DNA of 64,000 nucleotides. Source: Cyanidioschyzon merolae. Its lineage: Eukaryota. The DNA is taken from the NCBI GenBank assembly GCA_000091205.1, contig AP006496.2. One strand, given 5' to 3'. Made by a program: the position numbers and the translations under genes. The notes below the pieces were generated by a model. It was not told where the DNA came from, did not search any database, and saw only the letters and a list, made by a program, of their open reading frames with translations. Shown piece after piece: positions 42,280-52,798 of the stretch (positions within the stretch are counted from its first letter, which is position 1; each line of letters begins with the position of its first letter).

Positions 42280-45200
42280 ATGTTTTTTCGACCGCCGTAT
42301 CTAGGTTCGTCCCGCATCGATGAGATTCTCGATGAAGCCGAACGTGAAGGAAGGGTTGGGGATCAGGAGCGTTCGATTTTCCATAGTTCGGATCGGCAAG
42401 CGTCTCAGGATAGGACAAGTCCGAGTGCTGGTGACGGGCGTGCGGCCTCAAGCCAGCGACAAGGCGACGTGTCTGAAGAGTCTGACGCAACGGCGTCTGG
42501 TGGAACCTCAGTCGACCCTGTACGGCAATTCCAAGCGGATGAACAGCAACAATCGCGGATTAGGCGTACAGTTCGGACGATTCTCGCGGAAGACGACCTC
42601 ATTCCGGAGTGCAAGGCCATGAACTTGCGTCTTTTCGAATATTTCTCGCAACCGACTGCGCTGCGCTCGCTCGTCCAGTTCGCAATCGGTTGTGATGATG
42701 ATGAAGAACACAAGTACGCTGGCATGGCTACGGAGGTTCTATGCTCAGATGTTGAGCGCCTCAACGAGGCCTTTATCTCAAACGTGGATGTTTTGGAATT
42801 GTTCCTGGGCTTCGTGCGCCGCAAACCACCACTCGCGGCGGATCTGGTGTCGAATTTTGCAAAGATCTTTCTCTGTATGCTCCGAGCGAAATCGGAAGAG
42901 TTGCTTTCCGCAGTCGATGAGCACAAGTCATGGTTCTTCTCGCAGGGCATTTTACAACATTTACAGCACTCTGCGCTCAGCAATTTGATTATTGAGTTGC
43001 TGATCCAGAACGAGATCGTGATCTCCCGCAAAGCCGTGCACATATACGCACAAGCTGAATTGTTGAAACGCCTCGTGGATCTGTTTGTCAATGAAACAGA
43101 ATCGCCTGACGATGAAACGCTCAGCAATGTCATGAGTATCATTGTTTCGCTCAGTGGGCGAGCGGTGCCGCTTGCCGAAGCCGCGGATATCTTCCACTCG
43201 GTTGGCGGCATACCGGATGAACTCGAGGGCGGATCCATCCTCGAGACCGCTGCAAGAGCGAATCAGCAGCACCAGCTTCGAACGGCGGCGAGCGGGCAGA
43301 CCTCGATATGCCCCGATGAGCGCGACGAGTCGAGCGCCACGGCCATGAACCAGGAACGCAAAGCGCTCAAATCTCTGGACCTTTTGCGGCAACCGGAGCT
43401 TCTCGCGCGTTTGCTGAGCGCATTTCGCCAGAGCGATGCGCACCTGCTCTATGGTCTAAGTATGCTCACGGAGCTCGTGTCTATTAATAAGGAGCTTTCT
43501 CATGAGTACGAAACAGTGCAGCACCACTGGGAACAGACGAGCTTGCGCCTATCCACAGCCAATGAACGACAAGATGCGGACACAGCGCGAGCCCCGTTGT
43601 CTTTGCCATCGTCGTCGTTGTTGCGTCCATCGTCGGAAACGACTGCATTTGCCAGCAGCGCCGAAGACAGCGACACGAGCAGCACGTCCTCAAGCGAACT
43701 GGGACGGACGCCTGCGGCCGCACACTCCATACGAAGCAAGATGGGAGAATTTGAAACCGCTTTGCAGGCGCATTTGCCGTATCTGTTGTCGCGACTCGAG
43801 GATGATGCTGAATCGGGGCATTTCGGGGTGATTCGATTGAAGCTCGTCGAGTTTTTGATTCAGATGATGCTGGATGTATCGCCGCAGCTTTGCAGCAGGC
43901 TTCTTGCGATGGGAATCCCTGCAACGCTGACTCGCTTGCTACGAGCCTACCCATGGGTCTCCGTGTTCCATCATCTCTACCATCGTGCGCTTCAGGAGAC
44001 ACTCCTTACACCCTTTCAATCATTCCTTCAAGCAGTTCAACCGGCGCTCGATGAGGCAAATCTGCAGGCTATCGCGGATGGTACCCTGATCCCCGACCGT
44101 TTACGCGCATGGTTTCTCGAGGCAAATATAGTCCAGAGTTTCGTGCAGCTCCAGCAGGTTGCGCTCAATGCGGAAAGCGGCCGCATATCACCCGAAGATA
44201 TGCGAGCGCTTGTGCGCGCTGTACCCCAACTCGAGTGTACGGATCACGCGGCTCGAGCACCGCCTTCGCGCATACGAGTGGCACTTTCCGCGCATCTCGC
44301 GGAGATGATACTGGAAATCTACGAGCAGGTGTTCGTTCCGCTCAGCAAAATGACTGCCACATGCACTTCGGGACAAGAGGACGCTGCGCTGGCAACCGGT
44401 GCCCCTGGCTGGCAACCAGCAACGACCAAAGAGGCAACGGCGGGAACAGCGACTGTCGTGCCGCTGCTCCAGCGCACGAAACGCTCGAAGGTACCGCTTC
44501 TGGCGTTCCTGTCTCCGCTTCTCGGGCTAGATGAAGAGGGCGGCACGATGCTGGCGGCTTGGGCTGCCCTCGAGGCGATTGCTACCGGTCCCGTCTATGC
44601 CGAGAAATCCAAGCAGCACCGGCAGCTGGGTGGCCGTCGACCTAGCGGTCTCTCTTCGCACAGCCTGAGTGAAGATCTCGCTCAGCTGCCGACACTCACG
44701 ACCGACAACGCCACCTCTATGGGCGAGGGCGACGACGAGGACGGTGACGTCGGCATGATAGGTGGTGTCGAAGACCGCCAGGATGTGCTCGAAGATCGCC
44801 GACGCCCGAGACTACAAGGCAGACCCCCGGATGGTGCCGTCTTCCAGGAGGACGCGAGTTCGTTCGTGGAGCAGCATGATCGAATGGATCCACTGTTCGA
44901 GGATATGGACGAGGATCGCGATGAATATTTACCGGCACCACCGTTCATAGATAACGAACAGCAGCAAGCATCCTGCGGCGCCAAGGATGCGGGAACAGGG
45001 CCGAGTTCGGCACCGGAACTCAGCGTCGATGACATGATGACGGGTCTCAGCGAAGGCGAGCAGGAGTCGCTCACGCACTTCACGGATTATCTGTCACAGC
45101 GCGCACGACGAACACCGGCAAACAGCAATCAAAGTGGAGAGCGCTCTCAGCGAAAAGATGCTCGGGATAATCAAGAATACTCCGTAACGTCCGCCGGGGC

Positions 45201-45366
45201 GCTCGACCTCCCCACCGCAGCGTCTCGCAGTGGCGCTGTCGAACGCGAGTCAGCATCGCAACCAGCGCCTAGGAACGCATCCCAATTGAATGCCTTCAGG
45301 CAGAGTGAAGCACCCGATAACGACTGGGTTGCATTTGCTGATGATCAACACGAATCTGGCGACTGA
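42280..45366 (+). CDS. Protein phosphatase 6 regulatory subunit (SAPS / SIT4-associating protein family)
   Basis: MFFRPPYLGSSRIDEILDE...ILAEDDLIPECKAMNLRLFEYFSQPTALRSLVQFAI...KYAGMATEVLCSDV matches the SAPS N-terminal domain (MFWKF...IDxLL...LDEDDxLQECKxxNxKLIxFL...KYxxxAxEIL). Confidence 0.7.
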   Translation: MFFRPPYLGSSRIDEILDEAEREGRVGDQERSIFHSSDRQASQDRTSPSAGDGRAASSQRQGDVSEESDATASGGTSVDPVRQFQADEQQQSRIRRTVRTILAEDDLIPECKAMNLRLFEYFSQPTALRSLVQFAIGCDDDEEHKYAGMATEVLCSDVERLNEAFISNVDVLELFLGFVRRKPPLAADLVSNFAKIFLCMLRAKSEELLSAVDEHKSWFFSQGILQHLQHSALSNLIIELLIQNEIVISRKAVHIYAQAELLKRLVDLFVNETESPDDETLSNVMSIIVSLSGRAVPLAEAADIFHSVGGIPDELEGGSILETAARANQQHQLRTAASGQTSICPDERDESSATAMNQERKALKSLDLLRQPELLARLLSAFRQSDAHLLYGLSMLTELVSINKELSHEYETVQHHWEQTSLRLSTANERQDADTARAPLSLPSSSLLRPSSETTAFASSAEDSDTSSTSSSELGRTPAAAHSIRSKMGEFETALQAHLPYLLSRLEDDAESGHFGVIRLKLVEFLIQMMLDVSPQLCSRLLAMGIPATLTRLLRAYPWVSVFHHLYHRALQETLLTPFQSFLQAVQPALDEANLQAIADGTLIPDRLRAWFLEANIVQSFVQLQQVALNAESGRISPEDMRALVRAVPQLECTDHAARAPPSRIRVALSAHLAEMILEIYEQVFVPLSKMTATCTSGQEDAALATGAPGWQPATTKEATAGTATVVPLLQRTKRSKVPLLAFLSPLLGLDEEGGTMLAAWAALEAIATGPVYAEKSKQHRQLGGRRPSGLSSHSLSEDLAQLPTLTTDNATSMGEGDDEDGDVGMIGGVEDRQDVLEDRRRPRLQGRPPDGAVFQEDASSFVEQHDRMDPLFEDMDEDRDEYLPAPPFIDNEQQQASCGAKDAGTGPSSAPELSVDDMMTGLSEGEQESLTHFTDYLSQRARRTPANSNQSGERSQRKDARDNQEYSVTSAGALDLPTAASRSGAVERESASQPAPRNASQLNAFRQSEAPDNDWVAFADDQHESGD

Positions 45367-46050
45367 TGAGTTTGGTCATAGTCCGTGCCGCGTTGCACCA
45401 GCCGGTGTTTCTCGTTGCACTGTGAACGCAATGGCTTGCTGCGCTTGAGCTTGAGCTTTCGCTGACGACGTTGCGGACGCTGCTCCACATCTAGAATCGC
45501 TTCTAGCGCCATGGAAAATACGATACGTTGTTCCTCTGGGGTAAACGTACTCCTTCTGACTGCAGCGCCGGTAGCAACATAGCCTCTGCCCAGAGGCAAG
45601 CCTGCTGCACCCGAGCTCCCGGTCAACAGCCACTGCAAAAGCGGTTCCAGCAGCAGCGGCGGCGGCAGCAGCCGTCATCGTTGTTGCCATGATTCGAGTA
45701 GCCGTCGATGGGACTCACGGAGCGCGGAAACGTTTGTGTGAAGGCGGCGGTGGAGTCCCGGGCGCCCCGCAGCATCTGCGTCTCTTCGAGTGCCTCGATC
45801 GATGCGTCTACCCGGTTCCATAGAAGCGAACGAAAGCGTCCTAGCGCCGTTGGCAAAGGCTGCCACCATCCACTTGTGCTTTACGTTATCTGTGCTCTTA
45901 GTATCGAACCAGTATGCGTGGTTGCCTCCGAACACCGGCAACCAGCGTCCGAACGCAACTGCTCGGTGCTAGGTTGCAACAAACGGGGGCCACCAAAGCA
46001 CCCGTACCAATCGGTACGGCAGCGGACCCCAACGGATACCGCCCTGCGTT

Positions 46051-47340
46051 TTGCTGGTGCCGCTCATGTTCCTTCACGTGACGCGCTGCAGTTCTTTTCA
46101 AGAACGAGACTATGTCCGATCAACAAGGAATCAGTGCCAGACACCAGGATTTCTTTCGAGTCGCCGTCGCTTTCGGTCGGCGAAAAGGTTTGACCTGCAG
46201 TCCGCGACGACTGGGTTTGCGGAAGGCACCAGGCAGGCGGTAGCCATCCTCGGTGCGGCCGGGTATACGGGTTCGGAGCTCGTGCGCTTGCTTCTCAGGC
46301 ATCCGCACGTTGAGATCAAGGCTCTGAGCGGCACGGAACGTACCAGAGGGCGTCCCTACGGTCAGGTTTATCCGCAATACGCGTTCGAGAGCATCATTTC
46401 TGCGAACGGGAAGCAGGGACCTTCCCCAGTGCGCTCGTTGCCGCCGCTGTGTTTAACGGAGGAGGTTGATTTCAGTCAAGTGGACACTGTTTTCTGTTGT
46501 TTGCCGCATGCGACAACGCAGTCCATCGTCACAAGCATTCTCCAGAGCGCTGTCGGGCGTACCCCACGCGTCATTGACCTCTCGGCAGACTTTCGCTTAG
46601 CGGACGTGCACACATACGCCCACTGGTACGGAACGCCGCATCGGGCACCAGATCTTCAAGCTGAAGCAGTTTATGGTCTCACTGAGTTTGCCCGAGCTGA
46701 TATCAGGAGCGCGCGCTTGGTGGCCAACCCTGGCTGCTACCCAACGGGTGCCCAGCTGGCGCTGGTCCCGCTCATTCGCGCCCAGCTTATCGCGCTTGAC
46801 GACGTGATAATCGACGCCAAGTCTGGAGTGACTGGAGCAGGTCGCTCGGCAAAGGAAGCCAATTTATTCTGTGAAGTGACGGAGGGTATGCACGCGTATG
46901 CAGTGGCGAACCATCGTCACGCTCCCGAGATCGAACAGGGCCTCAGTCGGGCAGCGGGACTCGGGAACAGCGGTGTGGTGGTCAACTTCACCCCACATCT
47001 GGTGCCTATGGCACGCGGCATTCTTGAAACGATCTACGTGAGATGTCAGGCCGGAGTGACACCGGGCGACTTGCGCGCATGTCTCGAACAGGCGTACGGC
47101 GAGGAGAAGTTCGTGCATGTGCTTGCAGATCCACAGCAGGTTCCTCAGACGCGCTATGTGCGCGGAAGCAACCACGTCGTGATGAATGTCTTTCCGGATC
47201 GGTTACAAGGGCGAGCGATTCTAGTCGTTGCCTTTGATAACATCGTGAAGGGTGCCAGCGGTCAAGCAGTGCAGAATATGAACGTGATGATGGGTATACC
47301 GGAACACACGGCTTTGGAGCAGGGCCCGCTCTTTCCCTAA
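46051..47340 (+). CDS. argC: N-acetyl-gamma-glutamyl-phosphate reductase (ArgC), stand-alone, with a ~60-aa N-terminal presequence (likely organellar)
   Basis: VAILGAAGYTGSELVRLL..HP, RVIDLSADFRL, ANPGCYPTGAQLALVPL, IIDAKSGVTGAGR and FTPHLVPMARGIL are the canonical ArgC blocks, including the catalytic Cys in GCYPT. Confidence 0.9.
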   Translation: MLVPLMFLHVTRCSSFQERDYVRSTRNQCQTPGFLSSRRRFRSAKRFDLQSATTGFAEGTRQAVAILGAAGYTGSELVRLLLRHPHVEIKALSGTERTRGRPYGQVYPQYAFESIISANGKQGPSPVRSLPPLCLTEEVDFSQVDTVFCCLPHATTQSIVTSILQSAVGRTPRVIDLSADFRLADVHTYAHWYGTPHRAPDLQAEAVYGLTEFARADIRSARLVANPGCYPTGAQLALVPLIRAQLIALDDVIIDAKSGVTGAGRSAKEANLFCEVTEGMHAYAVANHRHAPEIEQGLSRAAGLGNSGVVVNFTPHLVPMARGILETIYVRCQAGVTPGDLRACLEQAYGEEKFVHVLADPQQVPQTRYVRGSNHVVMNVFPDRLQGRAILVVAFDNIVKGASGQAVQNMNVMMGIPEHTALEQGPLFP

Positions 47341-49489
47341 CGCTGTTCGATCGACCACGGGATGATTCCTCCTTGGATTTGGGTAAGGGTTTTAGGAATC
47401 ATGGAGCGCGTGCAGGGCGCCTGTCGCAATCGCAGCTAGCTGGTATGCATTCCGTGCTTTCTGGCGAGCTTGCGCTTGCACCTGCACGGTGCAGTCCATT
47501 AGGAGATGCCACTGCTGCCGAGCGGCCGCCTTTCCGTGCGAAAGCAATGAAATAGACGTGATTGTGGACCGCATGGAGAGGGTGAATGTTCTTTCCCTTG
47601 ACGTTGTCTCCCGGGAAGCAGCATGTCTGTGTGGATGTCCGGATCGCGTCACCGCAGCTGCCACTGCAGCCGTTCGTTTTTAAAACCGAATGCTGGACTG
47701 TCTGTTCTTTTTCTGCCTTTCGATTCTATTCCGAACTTGGTTTCGATCTGCAGCCTCGTCATTCCAAGTGCAGCAGTATGGGCTTGTGGATCCATACGTG
47801 GTTTTAGGATTCTCGGTCGTTGTTTTGGAGTGGCTCCTTGGCGGCTTTGGCACCGGAGTTGGTTCCGTCACCGTTTTCAAGATGATTCGTGACACCCTTC
47901 GACAAGGCTTCGTTGAATACATGATACCATCATCCAATTCATACGCACAAGCCTCCGCGCGTCTCTTGTATTCAATTCTAGCGTGCTCACATCACGAATG
48001 CGTCGTATGTTCAAGGTTTCTGGTCCACCACTGCGATTTCTGAGGTCAGCCATTTGTGCCGCTGCATGGGGAACGATAAGAACTCGATATCGTGCCTTGG
48101 CGAGTCGTTCCTAAGCAAATACCAGAAGCTCACGGATGTTCTCGTACCAGATGATAATCGATTCGGGTGAAAAGACAAATCTCCACCGCTTGAGGCCATC
48201 GACGCTGCGGCATTGAACAGCCGAAGTATACTAGCGCTCTCGGAATACGCTCCCATATGCTTCTGGCATTCCTGTTTGCATCGGAAAGGGTCTTGGACTT
48301 GGATTTCAGTTCGCCCAGCAATCGCTGCTAGGGCAATTCACGTCACCGCTTTGTACGAAGAGAGCGTTGACGGATCGGAATTTCTCGACTAGTTCTTCCT
48401 CTTTGATGCTCCACTCGGTACTTGTTTCATCATGGACAACATCGCGTTCCATGAATCCTTTACTGGATGAAACAGTGCGCGTTTGCGCGTGTCGCGAACA
48501 AAGTACTCACCAGCGGGCTTGCTCTGCTGAGGCCCGTGATCGTGAGATACGCCACGGGGCACGGTAACGAAGGAGGGTACCGCGTTGAGCCCTCTGCGCC
48601 CGCCAGGAGCATGTACTGGACAATGAAGCGAGCGTTTACGCGCCACTAGCCGGCCTCGGATGTAGAGGAGGAGAAGGAGGAGGAATTTTGGTGCCTGCAT
48701 GGGAACAAACGCACCACAGCAATGCGTAACCGCTGCATAATTCGCACCGAGGCTCTATCCGAGGAAGATGAGATTGGCAAGCGAAGCGTGGATCGCAACA
48801 TCTGCCTTTCCATGAAATGTGTCGACAGCAGCCTGAAGTAGCGAAATCAGGATCTTAAAGTTGCCATCAACATGCTTCTGCAGCTGGCAACAGTGCTGGA
48901 CCAAAAGGTTTGACCAGCATACCTGACGCCAGAAATAAGAGAGAGGCGGTGGAAGCAGCCTCAGAAAATCCCGCCACGATTCGTGTTGAAGATAGTGGCA
49001 AGCGTGACCAACCTATATGGTCTACTTCAGGAGTAGAAGACCCGTTCCGTTTTCTTCTGGAATGGGTGTCTAAAGATTCTGAGTGTATTCTGCGAGAGCA
49101 TGGTCTGCTATGAGCGCGATGCTGCAGCGCGACATGCGCATTCTTCCAAAATCAGTGTCGGGCAGATCACGGGCGCATCACTGGTATTGCTATCAGGGGC
49201 TGGAGCATGTGGCCACTAGCGGGCACTCTTTTCGCTCACGCTTCAATCATTTGGCCCGGACTCTCTCACATGGTACCTCCCTGCTGGCAGCACGACACCG
49301 GGATGGCGTATGAGATGAAATGCAATGTGTTGCTGGCGAAGCGCACGACCTGCAGAGCCTCGCAGCTGCGCTTGAGCCTTATATCATCTAGAACGCAGTC
49401 TTTTGCGCGCAGATTTTCCCCTGAAAGGCAAAGTACTGCCAGATTGACGCTGCATTCATGTGGCGCCCTCGTCAGCTCAGCCTTGCGAG

Positions 49490-52400
49490 TCACGAACCGA
49501 GTTGCAGCGGGCCATGCACTGGACTCGGAATTAATGGAGGTGGTGGAGGTGGTGGAGGTGGTGGAGGCGGAACGATCGCCCCTGGGGCCTTGGTCGCCAA
49601 GTCGGTGGTACCCGCATGAAACGTCGCTATCTGAGGTGCCATACCATCACCCGTTTTCCACCACAGGAGATGCGCGTTTTCTTTCTCGGCCTCGTCCAAG
49701 TCAGCGCCAACGCGCTGTCGCCAGGTACAAGCAGTATTTTCATTCAGAGCGCGAGTCTCAGCGAGTGATTGATCCCACAACTCTACGAACTGCCATAGAT
49801 AACGAAACAGATCATCACGAAGACTCGCTCGTCGAGTCGCGACTTCCGGGCCGCCCACAAAACCCTGCTCCGTCATAGGTAAAAGCAGGAGCGTATCTTC
49901 AACTGCTTCGTTCATTTCCCGCAGGCGCTGCGCAAGCTGTTGTAACTTCGCTCGCGCCGGTTCCAGCCAGCGACGAAAGCACCTTGAGAGCGCCCGCCCC
50001 GTCGGCTCATTTGCGGAGAGCTCGCACTCGGAGGTGAGCTCCTGTAGATCATGCTCTAGCTCGCTGAAACCGGTGGATATGTGATCGAGTTCAATTCGAG
50101 ACGCAGTTTGGACACTGGCGAGCTCAGTTCCTAGCTCCAAATCTGCAGCCTGATGCTCACTGCTTTTCCGGAGCACTGCGCCCGCATAGGATATCACTGA
50201 ACGAGAGCGAGCGAGCTGCGGAACCGAGTCGATGGTAAAGCCAGCGGCATTCGCCCGCGCAGAACCGGCATTGAGAACATTTCCAATCACGAGAAGCACT
50301 TCCAAAACAAGACGCAAGCGCCTGGACTGGCGAATCTCCAGACACGCTCGGGTCACGCTGGTCACCGCAGCGTCCAGTTCCTGGAAGGCTTCCGTGAAGC
50401 GCCGCATGGTGCTCCATGCCGCGGCCTTTGCAGCGATACGCGGTACCCGCTGCAGCATCGTGAGCATAAACCGTTCGGGATACAGCAGCCGTTCCAGAGC
50501 AATGTCCTTTCGGGTCTGGAAGGCCTCCAGCAGGCGCGCCTGCTCTGGTGCTGATGGAAGCATCGGTGCTAGAATTTCGAAAAAGTCTGGATCGAGGGCG
50601 TCGAGATCACCGTGTACAAACGCATCGGCTACAGCCTCGCTAGAAACGTTTCGGAATCTGCCCAGCAAAATATCGAGGTTGCGGACGTGCTTCGCGTCCA
50701 GCACTGCGAAGCTCTCCGGTGCGTCAGCTGGTGCCGTTGACCGGCCAGCAGCAGCGCCGAAACCGGATGCCACCTCTTGGCTGAAGAGCTTCGCCATTTC
50801 GTCCATATCCGGGATCCAGCGCAGTGGACGCAGATCTGACCAGATGGAGCCCGGTACTTGGTGCAATGGAACACAATTCCAGTGCAAGCGTCTCCAGACA
50901 CGCGTTCGGGGCCCATTGCCGCCATTGGCACCTGCTGGTGTCGCCAGGTCGAGAGCCGGTGACGGCAGCGGTGGCAGCGGCGCACGGGAGACCGACGGAA
51001 AACGGGGTCCCGGCCGACGTACCGGGGATCTGGCGTCTGATCTCGTTGCAGCAGCAACTGCAGCAGGCTGCTGTGCCTTACCCGAGGAGATGGACAGCCC
51101 GACGGGTCTCTGCTCGAACCTCGAGATCCTTTCCGAGATGGTGTCTGGGGGCGGATTTCCCGTATCCCTGATCACGTCTACATTCGTTGCAAAGTGCAGC
51201 ACCGTGAGACTCTGGTCCGGAGCCTCCAGCTGGGGCGCAATGGCCGATGTCTCCACCAGGGACTGCTCCACAGCGACGTTCGTGCAGGCGGCTCGTGAAA
51301 TGGATACTTGTCCACCATGGTCCACAACAGAGAGATCACCATTCGGTGCGAGTATGACAACGGCCTCTGACGAATGATCGGCAGCGAATGCGTCAGCGGC
51401 CTGGTGATCGCGCGCTGTTGCTACCGCAAGCGGATCCAGCATCGAAGTCTGGACCTGGACGGAACGCGTGCGCTTCGGCTGCACCGTCCGATGGCGTCCA
51501 TGGCCGATGCCGAAGCAACCGATTGGCAAACAGGCCGCGGATAAGTACGTGGACGTTAGTTCAGGAGCGAGCCTTGTACAGCCCATAAGAGCGAGTGCCC
51601 TGAACGCTCGAAATACCAGCAACACGCTATCCCGCTGGTATGCGTTCGGGGTGCGCACGCACAGGTGCACGCCCGCCGGCGCACGCATCGGAGCGGAGGC
51701 GGCACGCATCGGCCGTTCGTGAATCTCCAGCTGCAACGTGTCCTCGGCACGCATCGGCCGTTCGTGAATCTCCAGCTGCAACGTGTCCTCGGCACGCATG
51801 TCTATATGAAGGGATTCGCTCCACGGGCGGCATTTGGGGTAGAGGCCGATGATGCCGCGCTGCGATAGCGTCAGCGTGGTGCGCATCCGCCGGTTGGGTT
51901 TCCCCGGCGGTCTCTGGATCCAGGAGCGAGGCAGGCGCCAGGTGCCACGCTGGAGCACCGCTTCGACATCGACGCGCAGTTCCTCGTGAATGGTAATGAC
52001 GGATGCCGTACGAACCGTAGCACCAGTGTCCAAAACGGCTGCAATGATACAGCCGACGTCGTCTGCAGTGACTGGGTAGCGTGCTTGCGGAGGTCCGTAC
52101 TCGAGGTCGGCGCGTTCCACGATGGTTTCGGTGTCGCTGTACGGAAGGGTCCGTCGCCACTGCTGCACGACACCGTCCCAGTACAGGTACGCGGCTGTTT
52201 CGGTGCGTCCACGGAGGACGTTCGGTGGCGAGACAGGGTCGGTGGCCGCGAACGCTCCAGCTCGCTGCGAAGCGACGGACGCAGCGCTCGAGCCGACCGC
52301 TGCCTTCATCGATGAAGCCAGACTGCTTGAATCCATCTGCAACAGGACCAACTCTTCTCTCAGCGCTGCAACTCGTTGCATTCGATGGAGAAGTCGCAGC

Positions 52401-52798
52401 CAGGCTTCGGCTTCGAGCGCTTCAGCAAAGTCTATTCGATAGGCCACCGGGAAATCTCGCTCCGCCGCAACGCCGCTGACGAGAAGCAAACGTAAAGACG
52501 TCGAAGAAATCCGCTTTATATGCAGCTTCGAGACACGTAAACACAGGTTGTCATGATGAAAGTGCACGCGATCCAAGGTCGAGTTCACGCACGCGTTCGT
52601 GGCGACTGTCGTGCCGGAAACACCGTCCCCGCGCTCCACAGTGAGTAGAACCGAGGTTTCAGGTTGGAACGCAGCCCGAGCAACTGCCTCAGCAATACAG
52701 AGCCTCCGCTGCGTAACCAGAGCCAAAGCATTCGTTTCCATTTCAATGGAAAGGGAACGTGCTTGCCCAGAGTTTACCGAGCAGCCACGGAGACTCAC
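49490..52798 (-). CDS. Formin-like protein (FH2 domain) with short Pro-rich FH1-like stretches and a C-terminal poly-Pro tract
   Basis: RRLHWNCVPLHQVPGSIWSDL, DFFEILAPMLPSAPEQARLLEAF, LRLVLEVLLVIGNVLNAGSARANAAGFTIDSVPQLARSRS (FH2 GNxMN...GFxLxSLxKL block), and PPPPPPPPPPPP at the C-terminus. Confidence 0.7.
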   Translation of the reverse strand: MSLRGCSVNSGQARSLSIEMETNALALVTQRRLCIAEAVARAAFQPETSVLLTVERGDGVSGTTVATNACVNSTLDRVHFHHDNLCLRVSKLHIKRISSTSLRLLLVSGVAAERDFPVAYRIDFAEALEAEAWLRLLHRMQRVAALREELVLLQMDSSSLASSMKAAVGSSAASVASQRAGAFAATDPVSPPNVLRGRTETAAYLYWDGVVQQWRRTLPYSDTETIVERADLEYGPPQARYPVTADDVGCIIAAVLDTGATVRTASVITIHEELRVDVEAVLQRGTWRLPRSWIQRPPGKPNRRMRTTLTLSQRGIIGLYPKCRPWSESLHIDMRAEDTLQLEIHERPMRAEDTLQLEIHERPMRAASAPMRAPAGVHLCVRTPNAYQRDSVLLVFRAFRALALMGCTRLAPELTSTYLSAACLPIGCFGIGHGRHRTVQPKRTRSVQVQTSMLDPLAVATARDHQAADAFAADHSSEAVVILAPNGDLSVVDHGGQVSISRAACTNVAVEQSLVETSAIAPQLEAPDQSLTVLHFATNVDVIRDTGNPPPDTISERISRFEQRPVGLSISSGKAQQPAAVAAATRSDARSPVRRPGPRFPSVSRAPLPPLPSPALDLATPAGANGGNGPRTRVWRRLHWNCVPLHQVPGSIWSDLRPLRWIPDMDEMAKLFSQEVASGFGAAAGRSTAPADAPESFAVLDAKHVRNLDILLGRFRNVSSEAVADAFVHGDLDALDPDFFEILAPMLPSAPEQARLLEAFQTRKDIALERLLYPERFMLTMLQRVPRIAAKAAAWSTMRRFTEAFQELDAAVTSVTRACLEIRQSRRLRLVLEVLLVIGNVLNAGSARANAAGFTIDSVPQLARSRSVISYAGAVLRKSSEHQAADLELGTELASVQTASRIELDHISTGFSELEHDLQELTSECELSANEPTGRALSRCFRRWLEPARAKLQQLAQRLREMNEAVEDTLLLLPMTEQGFVGGPEVATRRASLRDDLFRYLWQFVELWDQSLAETRALNENTACTWRQRVGADLDEAEKENAHLLWWKTGDGMAPQIATFHAGTTDLATKAPGAIVPPPPPPPPPPPPLIPSPVHGPLQLGS

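Noticed and set aside
49207-49878. 223-aa plus-strand ORF containing VVEVVEVVE
   Set aside because: It overlaps the 3' end of the minus-strand formin gene; the repeat is simply the reverse complement of the formin poly-Pro codons (ccacctcca)n.
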